Assembly (NCBI GenBank): GCA_965205565.1
Contig: CBDBID010000043.1
Span: 9,580 to 73,579, forward strand
From: Acidobacteriota bacterium
GTDB lineage: Bacteria; Acidobacteriota; UBA6911; RPQK01; CBDBID01
DNA: 64,000 bases
Direction of reading: 5' to 3'
Part shown: in pieces, positions 1-13,059 of the stretch
Position numbering within the stretch: the stretch's first letter is position 1
How the letters are laid out: the number at the start of each line of letters is the position of its first letter
Position numbers and translations under genes: made by a program
The notes under the pieces: generated by a model
What the model was told of the DNA's origin: nothing
What the model saw: only the letters and a program-made list of their open reading frames with translations
Databases searched by the model: none

Positions 1-149
1 CTCCTGAAAACGTGGTCGAGGCGATCCGGCGCTTGCGACCTGCCGGTGTTGATGTTTGTTCTGGTGTAGAATCGACCCCCGGTAAAAAGGATCCGAACCG
101 TTTGAGAGCCTTTCTCGAGGCAGTGAGTTCTGTGGCATCTGATGAGTAA
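1..149 (+). CDS. trpF: phosphoribosylanthranilate isomerase, 3' end only (5' end lies outside the window)
   Basis: Frame-3 translation reads [41 protein letters not shown], a typical TrpF C-terminus. The TAA at 147-149 overlaps the trpB ATG. Sits at the head of the trpBA genes. Confidence 0.7.
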   Translation, partial: PENVVEAIRRLRPAGVDVCSGVESTPGKKDPNRLRAFLEAVSSVASDE

Positions 150-1326
150 TTTGCCTGACAGCCAGGGACATTTCGGCATCTATGGTGGAAAATTTGTGCC
201 TGAAACCCTGATGTCGCCGTTGGAAGAGCTGGAACGAGCTTATCTGCAAGCGCGAGATGACGCTGGCTTTCAGAGCCAGTTGCAGTCCTTGCTGCGAGAC
301 TATGTGGGCCGGCCGACTCCCCTGTCTTACGCGCCTCGTCTGTCTGAACATGTCGGGGCTTCGATCTACTTAAAGAGGGAGGATCTTTGCCACACCGGGG
401 CTCACAAGATCAACAACGCTTTGGGACAGGCGCTGCTGGCCAAGCGTATGGGGAAAACTCGAATTATCGCCGAAACCGGCGCCGGGCAGCACGGCGTGGC
501 CTCGGCCACCGCCAGCGCGTTATTTGGGATGGGATGTGAGGTCTACATGGGCACGGAGGATATGCGCCGTCAGGCCCTCAATGTTTTTCGGATGGAGTTG
601 CTAGGGGCGACCGTAACAGCTGTCGACGCCGGCAGTAAAACCTTGAAGGATGCTATCAATGAGGCCATGCGCGACTGGGTGACGAACGTGGAGGACACCC
701 ATTATCTGCTGGGCTCCGTGCTTGGCGCTCACCCCTATCCTATGATGGTGCGGGATTTCCAGTCTGTCATCGGGAACGAGGCGCGCCAGCAGATTCAGAA
801 GGCGGAGGGACGCCTGCCCGATCTGCTGGTAGCTTGCGTCGGTGGGGGAAGTAACTCGATCGGCCTATTTTACGAGTTTCTCCAGGACGCGGAGGTCCGG
901 ATGGTAGGAGTAGAAGCCGGCGGAACCGGTCCCCACCTGGGACAGCACGCCGCTCGTTTTCTGGGTGGCGGACACGGAGTTCTTCACGGGACCTACAGTT
1001 ACGTCTTGCAGGACGAGGCGGGACAGATATCCACGACCCATAGCGTCTCGGCCGGTCTGGACTACCCTTCCGTGGGGCCGGAGCACGCCTATCTCTACGA
1101 CCAAAAACGCATTCTCTACCAGTCCATCAGCGACGATGAGGCAATGGAGGCCTTTCAGCTCCTGAGTCAGTTGGAGGGCATCATTCCCGCCTTAGAATCA
1201 GCCCATGCCGTGGCCCAGTGCCTGAAGTGGAAGGCCCGCCCCGAATTGGGAGAACTGGTCATCCTCAATCTTTCCGGCCGTGGTGACAAAGATGTCGAGG
1301 TGATCCGCCAGAGTCGGAGCAGCTAG
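142..1326 (+). CDS. trpB: tryptophan synthase beta chain
   Basis: 394-aa ORF with the PLP-lysine motif HTGAHKINN and the GGGSNSIG loop. Typical length, followed directly by trpA. Stop codon is TAG. Confidence 0.95.
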   Translation: MSNLPDSQGHFGIYGGKFVPETLMSPLEELERAYLQARDDAGFQSQLQSLLRDYVGRPTPLSYAPRLSEHVGASIYLKREDLCHTGAHKINNALGQALLAKRMGKTRIIAETGAGQHGVASATASALFGMGCEVYMGTEDMRRQALNVFRMELLGATVTAVDAGSKTLKDAINEAMRDWVTNVEDTHYLLGSVLGAHPYPMMVRDFQSVIGNEARQQIQKAEGRLPDLLVACVGGGSNSIGLFYEFLQDAEVRMVGVEAGGTGPHLGQHAARFLGGGHGVLHGTYSYVLQDEAGQISTTHSVSAGLDYPSVGPEHAYLYDQKRILYQSISDDEAMEAFQLLSQLEGIIPALESAHAVAQCLKWKARPELGELVILNLSGRGDKDVEVIRQSRSS

Positions 1327-1366
1327 TCCCCGGGGGGCGTTGCCCGGCTGGGACTCAACCAAAGAC

Positions 1367-2161
1367 ATGCTCAAGCTGAGCGACATTTTTGTCCGCCACC
1401 AGAAATGCTTCATCCCCTTCGTTACCGCCGGTCACCCCGATCTGGAATCGACCGAAGCCATCCTCCTGGCCTTGAGTGAGGCCGGTTCCCACATCATCGA
1501 GATCGGGATCCCCTTTTCCGACCCCATTGCTGACGGCCCGGTCATTCAACGGTCTTCCTTTCACGCCCTGCAGCACGGTTACACCGTAGGCGATTATCTG
1601 GAGCTGGTGGGCCGCGTGCGCGACCGGACCTCGGCGGGCCTTATTTTCATGACCTATCTGAACCCCGTGCTCCAGTACGGATTGGAGCGTCTGGCCCAGG
1701 AGGCAGCCGGAGCTGGACTGGACGGCATCCTCATCTCCGATCTGACTCCAGAGGAGTTTGTGCATCTCCGGGAAGACCAGACCAGGCCGTGGCTGTCGGA
1801 TCAATTGGACCCCATCTTTCTGGCGGCGCCCACTTCTTCGGATGAGCGGCTCAAAAGCATTTGCGAGGTGAGTCGCGGTTTTGTCTACCTGGTGGCGCGC
1901 ACCGGGGTCACCGGCCGGCAGTCTGACCTGGACGCGCTGGCACCACGGACTGTGGCCCGGCTTCGCCGCTACACCGACCTCCCGATAGCGGTGGGCTTTG
2001 GCATCACCTCGTCTGAGGACGTGCGCAAGGTCTGGACTTACGCCGACGGGGCGGTGGTGGGTTCAGCGATCGTGAACTTCATCGAAAAGAACCGGGCCCA
2101 CCCCGAGCTGGCCCGCCAGCTTTACGAATACGTGAGAAAGGACTTGATCCCCGGCGCCTGA
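1367..2161 (+). CDS. trpA: tryptophan synthase alpha chain
   Basis: Contains FIPFVTAGHPD and EIGIPFSDPIADGPVIQ, which are TrpA signatures. The ORF opens at 1340. I chose ATG 1367 (MLKLSDIF...). Confidence 0.9.
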   Translation: MLKLSDIFVRHQKCFIPFVTAGHPDLESTEAILLALSEAGSHIIEIGIPFSDPIADGPVIQRSSFHALQHGYTVGDYLELVGRVRDRTSAGLIFMTYLNPVLQYGLERLAQEAAGAGLDGILISDLTPEEFVHLREDQTRPWLSDQLDPIFLAAPTSSDERLKSICEVSRGFVYLVARTGVTGRQSDLDALAPRTVARLRRYTDLPIAVGFGITSSEDVRKVWTYADGAVVGSAIVNFIEKNRAHPELARQLYEYVRKDLIPGA

Positions 2162-2317
2162 TGGCGTTCAATTTCAGGACCGAGGACCCTTGGCCTGCCC
2201 GCCTCCAGCCGCGTATCCGATCCCCTGCGCGGCGGTAAGGGCTGTCCGGAGCGATCGGTAAGCTTGGGGCGATTGTGGGAACGGAGGTCGGCCGGTCGAT
2301 TCGGACCGAGGACCGAG

Positions 2318-2629
2318 GTGTTGGTGACACTGCGGGATTGGCGAAAAAAGATCGATGAAATTGACCGCAAGCTGGTCAATTTGCTCAATGAGCGGAGCCG
2401 CTGTGCCATCGAAATTGGCAAAATAAAGGGTAAGGAGAGCCTCCGAATCTACGATCCGGACCGTGAAGAAGCCGTCATTCGAAATGTTCAGCATGCCACC
2501 CGTGGTCCCCTGAGCAAAGTGGCCCTGCGCCGCTTGTTCGGAAGGATCATCGACGAATCTCGCCGCGCCGAGCGTGAGTGTCTGGATCCGGACAGTCCGG
2601 AGGAGCCTCCTGCCTCTAGCGGGAAATAA
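2318..2629 (+). CDS. chorismate mutase (AroQ type), stand-alone
   Basis: LRDWRKKIDEIDRKLVNLLNERSRCAIEIGKIKG...IYDPDREEAV is the AroQ helical signature. The start is uncertain: GTG 2318, or the ORF opening at 2264. Confidence 0.75.
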   Translation: MLVTLRDWRKKIDEIDRKLVNLLNERSRCAIEIGKIKGKESLRIYDPDREEAVIRNVQHATRGPLSKVALRRLFGRIIDESRRAERECLDPDSPEEPPASSGK

Positions 2630-2711
2630 TCACCCGCCCCTCCACAATGAGGATGGGCTGGATGCTGGGGACCCGAGCTCTCGAAAGAGCAGTTGGGTCG
2701 ACCCCTCCCGG

Positions 2712-4166
2712 TCAACCTTCGACCTGGTAGTTGGGCGCCTCCTTGGTGACGACCACATCGTGGACGTGGGACTCACGCAGGCCGGGATAGGTGACTCGTA
2801 GCAATTCTCCCTTCTCTCTCAACTCCAGAAGGTTCCCGGCTCCACAGTATCCCAATCCGGATCGGACTCCACCCAGCAGGGTCGGGATCAGTTTCTCCGC
2901 ACTTCCTTTGTAGGGAACCCGGCCCTCGATGCCCTCCGGCACCAGCTTCCTGGATCCGGCCTCCTGACCATAGCGGTCGGCGCTACCTTCGGCCATCGCC
3001 CCCAGCGAACCCATGCCGCGGTACATCTTGTAAGCGCGATTCTGGTAAAAAACCAGTTCGCCCGGCGACTCTTCCGTACCCGCCAGCAGGTTCCCAATCA
3101 TGACGCAATTGGCTCCAGCTGCCAGTGCCTTGGTGATGTCGCCCGAGTACTTGATGCCCCCGTCGGCAATCAGCGAAAGCCCCAGTTTGCCGGTCACCCG
3201 GAAGGTATCCAAGATGGCCGTGATCTGAGGGACTCCGGCTCCGGTGACGACGCGGGTGGTGCAAATGCTCCCGGGTCCCATCCCCACCTTGATGGCGTCG
3301 GCCCCCAAATCGTATAGCTCCTGAGCCGCCTCGCCGCTGGCCACGTTTCCGACCACCAGATCGGCCTTTCCCAAGGTCTTCTTCAACTGCTCCACACCCC
3401 GGAGCACCTGCTCGGTGTGACCGTGCGCTGTGTCGACCACAATCACGTCCGCACCGGCGGTTTCCAGTGCCTGTGCGCGCTCCAGAAAGTCTCCGGTCGC
3501 CCCCACGGCAGCACCGACTCGCAAGCGCCCCAGTGAGTCCTTGGCGGCATCCGGGTAGGTGATCATCTTCATGATGTCCTTGACGGTGATCAGGCCCTTC
3601 AGCAGAAACTGGTCATCGACCACCAAGAGCTTCTCAATTCGGTGCTCGTGCAGTTTCCTTTTGGCCTCTTCCAAGGAGATGCCTTCGCGAACCGTGATCA
3701 GTTTGTCCTTGGTCATCAGGTCGGAGGCCTTCAAGTCGAGATTGTTCTCGAAACGCAAATCGCGATTCGTCAGGATTCCCAGCAACCGCCCGTCCGGGTC
3801 GGTGACCGGAACCCCAGAGATTTTGAACTGGCCCATCATTTTAATGACATCTCGGATGCGATCGTTCGGGCGCATGGTGACCGGGTCGACGACCATGCCC
3901 GACTCCGAACGCTTGACCTTGTCCACTTCCGCCGCCTGATCCTCGATGGATAAATTGCGGTGAACGACGCCGATCCCCCCTTGCCGGGCTAGCGCGATGG
4001 CCAGTCCCGCTTCTGTCACCGTGTCCATGGCCGCCGAAGCGAGCGGGATGTTCAGGCGTATGTTTCTCGAAAAAGCGGTCTGCAGCTCGGTTTCCGCTGG
4101 CAAGACCCGGCTTCTGGCAGGTCGCAACACCACGTCATCAAAGGTGAGAGCTTCGAGGATCTTCAT
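2712..4166 (-). CDS. guaB: IMP dehydrogenase
   Basis: 484 aa. N-terminus [10 protein letters not shown], a tandem CBS insert, the catalytic loop [11 protein letters not shown]-like ([13 protein letters not shown]) and GGIKYSGD. Confidence 0.95.
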   Translation of the reverse strand: MKILEALTFDDVVLRPARSRVLPAETELQTAFSRNIRLNIPLASAAMDTVTEAGLAIALARQGGIGVVHRNLSIEDQAAEVDKVKRSESGMVVDPVTMRPNDRIRDVIKMMGQFKISGVPVTDPDGRLLGILTNRDLRFENNLDLKASDLMTKDKLITVREGISLEEAKRKLHEHRIEKLLVVDDQFLLKGLITVKDIMKMITYPDAAKDSLGRLRVGAAVGATGDFLERAQALETAGADVIVVDTAHGHTEQVLRGVEQLKKTLGKADLVVGNVASGEAAQELYDLGADAIKVGMGPGSICTTRVVTGAGVPQITAILDTFRVTGKLGLSLIADGGIKYSGDITKALAAGANCVMIGNLLAGTEESPGELVFYQNRAYKMYRGMGSLGAMAEGSADRYGQEAGSRKLVPEGIEGRVPYKGSAEKLIPTLLGGVRSGLGYCGAGNLLELREKGELLRVTYPGLRESHVHDVVVTKEAPNYQVEG

Positions 4167-4318
4167 GGACGGATTATAGAGAATCCGGAGGAAATGATGA
4201 AAGGTTTGACGTCGGTACTCGGGAGGTTTCAGGCGTAGTTGGTCTCCTGTCGGCTCGATTTCACGGCCGGTAGCTTCCTCGCTACCGCCGCCGGCCGAGG
4301 GTGTTAGAATGGAGCACC

Positions 4319-6988
<2,670 letters not shown>

Positions 6989-7002
6989 TCTGAACCCTTC
7001 GA

Positions 7003-7500
7003 CTAGATTCTTTCAATGTCCGAGACGTCCACCTCACACGCCGCCGCTTGGCAGATCAGGTCCACGGACAGGACAAAGCTGTAACGGTTTTTCTTTTCGA
7101 CCAGAACCCCTTCCAATCCCCGCAAAGGGCCGCGGATGATGCGAACCCGGTCCCCTTCCTTGAGGTAAGGATGGGGGTCGAAGGGTAGCTGGCTGAAGAC
7201 CAGCGATTTGACGGCTTGGATCTGGTCATCCGGAATGGGCGCCGGCCCATCTTGAAAACCGATGATCCGCACCACAGAGGGGAGACTCAAAATCTCGAGG
7301 CGTCGCTCCTGCATGGGGACGTGGACGAAAAGATAACCGGGAAAAAGCGGAAACTGCACTTTCTTGCGGTGATCCTTCCATTGGGAGACCACCTCGCGTA
7401 GCGGCAAGAAAGATTCGATCTGTCTCCTCCACAGCTCCTCAGCTACGGTCTTTTCGTGCCTAGAACGAGTGTGAAGCGCATACCACTTTTCCGCTCCCAT
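7003..7500 (-). CDS. specialised NusG paralogue (UpxY/RfaH/LoaP-like transcription antiterminator)
   Basis: NGN-like WYALHTRSRHEKTVAEEL...FPLFPGYLFVHV plus a KOW-like KEGDRVRIIRGPLRGLEGVLVEK. About 165 aa. I prefer ATG 7500 over the TTG at 7545. Confidence 0.75.
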   Translation of the reverse strand: MGAEKWYALHTRSRHEKTVAEELWRRQIESFLPLREVVSQWKDHRKKVQFPLFPGYLFVHVPMQERRLEILSLPSVVRIIGFQDGPAPIPDDQIQAVKSLVFSQLPFDPHPYLKEGDRVRIIRGPLRGLEGVLVEKKNRYSFVLSVDLICQAAACEVDVSDIERI

Positions 7501-7646
7501 CCCATCATCCAGGCTAACCCATTCATCCCCTTTTTCCCAAGTCAATAATTCCTGTCAAACTCGTTGGGTTGCTGGCGAAGAGTGATACTTGACTGTTTCG
7601 ATCACTTTAATAGACAATGGACTGTTTGAGTGGGAGCAATGGCATC

Positions 7647-9383
7647 ATGTCGGCCCAATCTAAAAAGCAGTCTTTAGTGGAGCTGATTGCTCCCCACGGC
7701 GGACAACTCGTCAATCTGGTTGCCCCGCCGGAACAGGTTGAAGATCTGAAGGCGCAGGCTCGCGATCTGCCTTCGCTGCAGATTTCTGAGCGCTGCGTGT
7801 GCGACCTGGAAATGCTGGCCACCGGAGGCTTCTCGCCTTTGGATCGCTTCATGAGTCGGGAAGACTACCAGCGAGTAGTGGAAGAGATGCGACTGGCCGG
7901 CGGCCAACTCTTTCCCCTGCCCATTACGCTGCCGGTCGAGCCGACTTCCGATCTGCGCCTGGATGCTCGACTGGTTTTGTGTGATTCCAAAAACCAGCCG
8001 CTGGCGATTCTGACCGTGGAGGAGATTTACGAGTGGGATCGAGTCGAGGCGGCTCAGCAGGTCTTTCGAACGACCGATGTGCGCCACCCGCTGGTGGCCG
8101 AGATGTATCGGTGGGGAAAGCTGAACATTTCGGGGCGCTTGCAGGTCCTCCAGTTGCCCGAAAGACACGATTTTCTCGAGCATCGGCTCACACCCGGACA
8201 GACCCGTCTCAAGCTGAGTCGGATGGGCCGTTCCAATGTCGTGGCCTTCCAGACCCGCAATCCTCTGCACCGCGTTCACGAGGAACTGACCAAACGGGCC
8301 ATCAAGGAGGTGGACGGTACCCTGCTGCTGCATCCCGTCGTGGGCATGACCAAGCCGGGGGATGTGGACCACTACACCCGGGTGCGGACCTACAAAGCGC
8401 TGGCCGGAAACTATTACGGTACCCATCGCATTGTGCTGGCTCTGCTCCCTCTCGCTATGCGATTGGCTGGCCCCAAGGAAGCCCTTTGGCACGCCCTCAT
8501 TCGCCGCAACTACGGCGCCAACTCCCTGATCGTGGGTCGCGACCATGCAAGCCCGGGAAAGGATTCCGACGGTAATCCCTTTTACGAGTCCTCAGAGGCC
8601 CAGCAGTTGGTCCACCAGTTCAGCCAAGAGCTGGGGGTCCAGGCGATGCCGTTTCGGGAGTTGGTCTATCTTCCGGAAGCGGAACGATTCGAGGAGGTCT
8701 CGAATATCCCTCCCGGAACACCCAGCGCCTCCATTTCGGGAACCCAGGTTCGGGAAGAATATCTCGAGAAGGGCAGGCCGTTGCCCGAGTGGTTCACCCG
8801 CCGCGAGGTGGCCGATATTCTCTCCGATACCTATCCGCCTCGGCACCGTCAGGGGGTTTGCATCTGGTTTACCGGGCTCAGCGGCTCGGGAAAATCCACG
8901 ACAGCCGAGGTTTTGACCGTGTTGATGATGGAACACGGACGACAGGTGACAGTGTTGGATGGAGATGTGGTTCGTACCCATCTGTCCAAGGGACTGGGCT
9001 TTTCAAAAGAGGATCGAGACACCAACATTCGAAGAATTGGATTCGTCGCGGCAGAGATCGTCTCCCACGGGGGCGCGGTGATTTGTGCGGCTGTGAGTCC
9101 CTACCGGGCGACTCGAAACGACGTGCGCAATAGGGTCGGGAGCCACCGTTTCGTGGAGGTGTTTGTCGACACCCCGCTGGAAGTGTGCGAAAGTCGGGAT
9201 GCCAAGGGTATGTATGCCCGTGCCCGCCGAGGCGAAATCCGGGGCTTTACCGGAATCGACGACCCCTACGAAAACCCCGAACATCCGGAAATCACCCTGG
9301 ACACACTGGCATCCAGTCCTGTGGAAAATGCGAGAGGAATTCTGGATTATCTGATTCAGGATGGGTTTCTGCTTCCCCATTAG
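7647..9383 (+). CDS. sat-cysC: bifunctional sulfate adenylyltransferase (ATP sulfurylase) / adenylylsulfate kinase
   Basis: Sat motifs QTRNPLHRVHEEL and GRDHASPG. The C-terminal APS kinase has the P-loop GLSGSGKSTTA. The start could be ATG 7617 or ATG 7647. Confidence 0.9.
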   Translation: MSAQSKKQSLVELIAPHGGQLVNLVAPPEQVEDLKAQARDLPSLQISERCVCDLEMLATGGFSPLDRFMSREDYQRVVEEMRLAGGQLFPLPITLPVEPTSDLRLDARLVLCDSKNQPLAILTVEEIYEWDRVEAAQQVFRTTDVRHPLVAEMYRWGKLNISGRLQVLQLPERHDFLEHRLTPGQTRLKLSRMGRSNVVAFQTRNPLHRVHEELTKRAIKEVDGTLLLHPVVGMTKPGDVDHYTRVRTYKALAGNYYGTHRIVLALLPLAMRLAGPKEALWHALIRRNYGANSLIVGRDHASPGKDSDGNPFYESSEAQQLVHQFSQELGVQAMPFRELVYLPEAERFEEVSNIPPGTPSASISGTQVREEYLEKGRPLPEWFTRREVADILSDTYPPRHRQGVCIWFTGLSGSGKSTTAEVLTVLMMEHGRQVTVLDGDVVRTHLSKGLGFSKEDRDTNIRRIGFVAAEIVSHGGAVICAAVSPYRATRNDVRNRVGSHRFVEVFVDTPLEVCESRDAKGMYARARRGEIRGFTGIDDPYENPEHPEITLDTLASSPVENARGILDYLIQDGFLLPH

Positions 9384-9605
9384 GAGGTGATGCCCGGAAG
9401 GACCTTCCCCGGTCCCCACCTCAACCCGGAGACGCCGGGCCGTCACCCCAAAAGCCTCCCTCACAAAGCCACAGACAAACCAAGCACCCTCGCAACCTGG
9501 GAACCAGGCCGTATCCGTCTCCGACTCGCCGAGGGCGCTCCGACGGCACTGCGTGCATTTTGGATGGCTGAAACGAGTGCAAACCGATTGGTTTTCTGTC
9601 GTTCA

Positions 9606-10106
9606 TCACCGGTGGAAGGGAGCACTCAGACCTCGGGAACACATCCAAAGTGGAAGGGCCAGAGCCATTTCCAGCAAGGTGAAGTTGACCGCACCATGCA
9701 AGGAAAAAGGTGAAAGAGCGAAGGCCTGGTACAGGGGCACCAGGACGGGCCAGCCCAGGCGCCAATCAAGCAGTGGCCAGAACAGCATGACCCCGTGGCT
9801 GACGTCCGCCGTACAGAGCAGATCCAGCAGACTGTGGCTGCACAAGACCGCAAAAAAGAGCGGAGCCGAGACAGAACCGAGCCGACGCGGACGAACGAAA
9901 ATCCAGAGCAGAGTGAGTCCAGCGAAGAACAACAGCGAATGAGAGAAGGTTCTATGGTGCGGTCCCATTTCCCATCCCCATCCCCAGACCAGGATGAAAT
10001 CGCCGTCGGGTAGAATGGACAGCAAGGCCAGGGTCAGCAGGAAAAAATAGTCACGATCGCGTGTCAGCGCCAGCGCAACGGCTCCATGAGCGACGGGTAA
10101 AGCCAT
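9606..10106 (-). CDS. membrane-bound metal-dependent hydrolase (DUF457/YdjM-like)
   Basis: Polytopic hydrophobic protein with His/Asp clusters (PDGDF, HHRTFSHS, SHSLLD) typical of DUF457. Start taken at MALPVAHG. Confidence 0.6.
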   Translation of the reverse strand: MALPVAHGAVALALTRDRDYFFLLTLALLSILPDGDFILVWGWGWEMGPHHRTFSHSLLFFAGLTLLWIFVRPRRLGSVSAPLFFAVLCSHSLLDLLCTADVSHGVMLFWPLLDWRLGWPVLVPLYQAFALSPFSLHGAVNFTLLEMALALPLWMCSRGLSAPFHR

Positions 10107-10234
10107 GGTCTTCGGATTCCCGGCCAATCCAACGGGTCACTCTCCCAAGCCGCCAGCGGGAAGCCCGTCTGAGGAGAGCGGTCCAATGATAGACGGGTGC
10201 GGATGAGGCCAGCAAAGGCGGAGCGCCGTTCCCG

Positions 10235-12856
10235 CTACTGAAGTTTTTCAGCGAGGCGCCCAACGGCTCCTTCAATCTCCCGGCTAGCCTGGAGGTAGTC
10301 GGCGTTCTCCCCGAAAACAAGCGGGTTGCCGAATCGCACCGTCACCGGTCCCCGGCGTGGCCATTCGTGATGGATCGAAAAGATCTCGAACAACCCTGAG
10401 AGATGGATCGGGACGAGGGGAGTTTTCAGCCGCACCGCCAAAAGCCCGATCCCAGGTTTGAACGAACTGAGGCCACCATCCACCGAGCGCGCTCCTTCCG
10501 GGTACACCAGAGGACAGAGCCCATGATCCACCAGCTCACCCGTGTACCGGAGAGCCTGGCGCACCCCCCCGATGTGCTGAGGGAGGGGGTAGGCGTTGAA
10601 AAGAGCGCAGGCTAAGAAGTACAGCAGCGAGCTTTTGTACCTTTCCCGGAAGGGGAAGGAGCGGGGCCGGAAGTGAGGCAGAAAATAGCCCTGGGCCATA
10701 GCCGGAGTGGCCCGATGGCGCCAGCCCTTCGGAAGGGTGGAAAGAATGGCCACTGTGTCCAGATGACTGAGATGATTGGCAGCGAAAAGAACCGGCGGCT
10801 CGAGCTGTTCGAGGCTTGAAAGTCCTTCGGTTCGGACCTGGATGTAGTGGCGAAACACCGGCAGTATCAAAAAATGCAGCGTTAGGGCTCGGGTCCAGCG
10901 GACGGGTGGAACTTGGTTCCATCGAGGAGGTTTCACCTGAAAGGAGATGGACCGGATTGCCTCCGGTTGGGTTGACCGACTCGCCAAAGCTGGCGACCGC
11001 TTGCGTGGGTCTAGCTGGGGATCCAGTTCTCGGTCCCGATCCAGAGTAGCTTTGGTTGCCTGGAGCTGTGCCTTCAACTCGCCGACGGTTGAAATCTCAG
11101 CGAAGCCCTCCTCATCCAGTTGAACTCCGAGCGAACTCTCTAGTTTGGAGAGCAGTTCCACCCGGTCCAGCGAGGAGAGTCCCAAGTCTTCCGCAAGGCA
11201 CAAGTCGTTGGTAAGCGCTTCTTGGGAATCTCCCAGCAGCGCCGCCAACACCGATTCCAATTCTCCCCTGGCGGGTTTGGAAGCCTGGGGGGTAGCGCCG
11301 CCCTGCTCTTGATTTACCGTGGCGGCGATTTCTCCACGTTTCACCTTCCAGGTGGAGGCCGTTCGAGGCAATTCCTTCTCCGGCCGAAGGCTCCAGCTGC
11401 GAATTCGCTGATGGGCTTCCAGCTGTCGATTCGCCATTCGAACCCCTCTTTCTGCACCCGCCGCGGGGTCTTTGAGGATCAAAACCGCGTGCACCCGATC
11501 CTCTCCCGAGCGGTGGAGAGGGACGATGGCACTCTCGCGGACTTCCTCCAGTGAATTCAAGACGGATTCCACATCTTCAGGATAGACGTTGAGTCCCTCC
11601 GAGGTGACGATGACATCCTTTTTTCTGCCCTTGTAGTACAGATAGCCATCCGGCCCCATCTCCGCAATGTCTCCCGTGTGTAGCCATCCGTCCGGTCCCA
11701 CTGCCGGTACTTCGCGCCCCTCTTGCAGATATCCGGACACCACACTGGAACCGCGGACCAGAATTTCTCCGTCCCCTCCCAACGCAATCTTTTGCCCTTC
11801 TAGAACCCTTCCCAGGGAGCCCGGACGAGCCGAGAAAGGATGATTGACGGCGACCACGGGGCTGGTCTCCGTCAGGCCGTAGCCCTGGAGTGTGGCAAAT
11901 CCCAGCTGGCTCCAGAAGTTTTCCAGATGCTGGGGAACCGGAGCTCCTCCCACCACGTGGGCCCAGAACTTCCAACCCAGACCGCGATGGATTTCTCGAT
12001 AGCGCCACCAGCGGCGGAGAATTCCCAGCCAGCCTGAGGGAATGGGGCGGGGTGGGGGTAGATCATAGGTATCTTCAATAAAGTTCTGAAGGCTGCGCAA
12101 CAGACGAGGAACGCATACCAAGACCGACACTTTCTCCCGGCGAATGGTGGCCATGACCGAAGCGGGATGCAGTGCATCCATGAAAACCGAGGCGCCCCCC
12201 AAAAGCACGGGGATGAACAGTCCCGCCGACTGGCCAAACATGTGGCTCAGGGGCAGTAGATTCAGAAAACGGATCGGTTGAAAAGGTCGGGCCAACCGCC
12301 GGAAACGGCCAATCTCACGATCGAACGGACGGAGGTTGGCGCAGATGTTCGAGTGTCGGTGAAGCACACCCTTGGGCTGACCCGTGGTTCCCGAGGTGTA
12401 GACGATTTCAGCGATGTCCTGCGGTCCCACTTCCTCAAGAGACAAGGGGCCGCCCTTGCTGGAGATCTTATTGACCTGCTCGAAGGACAAACACTCCAGG
12501 TCCAGCTGCTGGCAGGCCGCCTTATCGGGGCCGTAGACGAGTGCTCGCGCCCCCACCTCCTGCTGGACTTTCCGAAGCCAAGGGAGGGAAGAGTGGGCGT
12601 CGATCGGAACGACCTGGATGCCTCGGGACAAGCAGGCCCAGAAGGTGATCACCCATTCCGGTCGATTGTGTCCCCACAGCAGCAGGCGCTCTCCCTTCCG
12701 CCAACCAGTGTCGACCAGGTGGCGGCTCAGGCCTCCCACTCTCGACAGGAGGTCGCGGGACGAGAACCTCCAGGTACGCAGACCATTGGTAAAGCGCAGA
12801 GCCTCTCCATCGCTCCGTCTCTGCACCATCCGCAGCAGGTCGAGAAGGGTTTCCAT
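10235..12856 (-). CDS. three-domain fusion: acyl-AMP (fatty-acyl) ligase, phosphopantetheine carrier domain and PlsC-type lysophospholipid acyltransferase
   Basis: The adenylation domain has YTSGTTGQPKGV and TGDIAEMGPDGYLYYKGRKKD. The carrier domain has LAEDLGLSSLDRVELL. The acyltransferase domain has the HX4D block FAANHLSHLDT and YPEGARS. 873 aa in one uninterrupted ORF. Confidence 0.85.
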   Translation of the reverse strand: METLLDLLRMVQRRSDGEALRFTNGLRTWRFSSRDLLSRVGGLSRHLVDTGWRKGERLLLWGHNRPEWVITFWACLSRGIQVVPIDAHSSLPWLRKVQQEVGARALVYGPDKAACQQLDLECLSFEQVNKISSKGGPLSLEEVGPQDIAEIVYTSGTTGQPKGVLHRHSNICANLRPFDREIGRFRRLARPFQPIRFLNLLPLSHMFGQSAGLFIPVLLGGASVFMDALHPASVMATIRREKVSVLVCVPRLLRSLQNFIEDTYDLPPPRPIPSGWLGILRRWWRYREIHRGLGWKFWAHVVGGAPVPQHLENFWSQLGFATLQGYGLTETSPVVAVNHPFSARPGSLGRVLEGQKIALGGDGEILVRGSSVVSGYLQEGREVPAVGPDGWLHTGDIAEMGPDGYLYYKGRKKDVIVTSEGLNVYPEDVESVLNSLEEVRESAIVPLHRSGEDRVHAVLILKDPAAGAERGVRMANRQLEAHQRIRSWSLRPEKELPRTASTWKVKRGEIAATVNQEQGGATPQASKPARGELESVLAALLGDSQEALTNDLCLAEDLGLSSLDRVELLSKLESSLGVQLDEEGFAEISTVGELKAQLQATKATLDRDRELDPQLDPRKRSPALASRSTQPEAIRSISFQVKPPRWNQVPPVRWTRALTLHFLILPVFRHYIQVRTEGLSSLEQLEPPVLFAANHLSHLDTVAILSTLPKGWRHRATPAMAQGYFLPHFRPRSFPFRERYKSSLLYFLACALFNAYPLPQHIGGVRQALRYTGELVDHGLCPLVYPEGARSVDGGLSSFKPGIGLLAVRLKTPLVPIHLSGLFEIFSIHHEWPRRGPVTVRFGNPLVFGENADYLQASREIEGAVGRLAEKLQ

Positions 12857-13059
12857 TGGCGAAAGGGAGCCAGTTCCCAGTCTTCATGGCCTGGATTGTC
12901 GGCGCCGACTGCGTTTGAGGAAAGAAACGAACGGCTTCGGAAGTTTTGGAGGTCGACGGGGCAAACGATACCCGTTATCCTTCAGCCGGGCAGTGCAAGG
13001 CAACCGGTCCGGGAGTCGCAGAAACCACAACCCATGCCATCATCGGGCAACGAGCGTGT

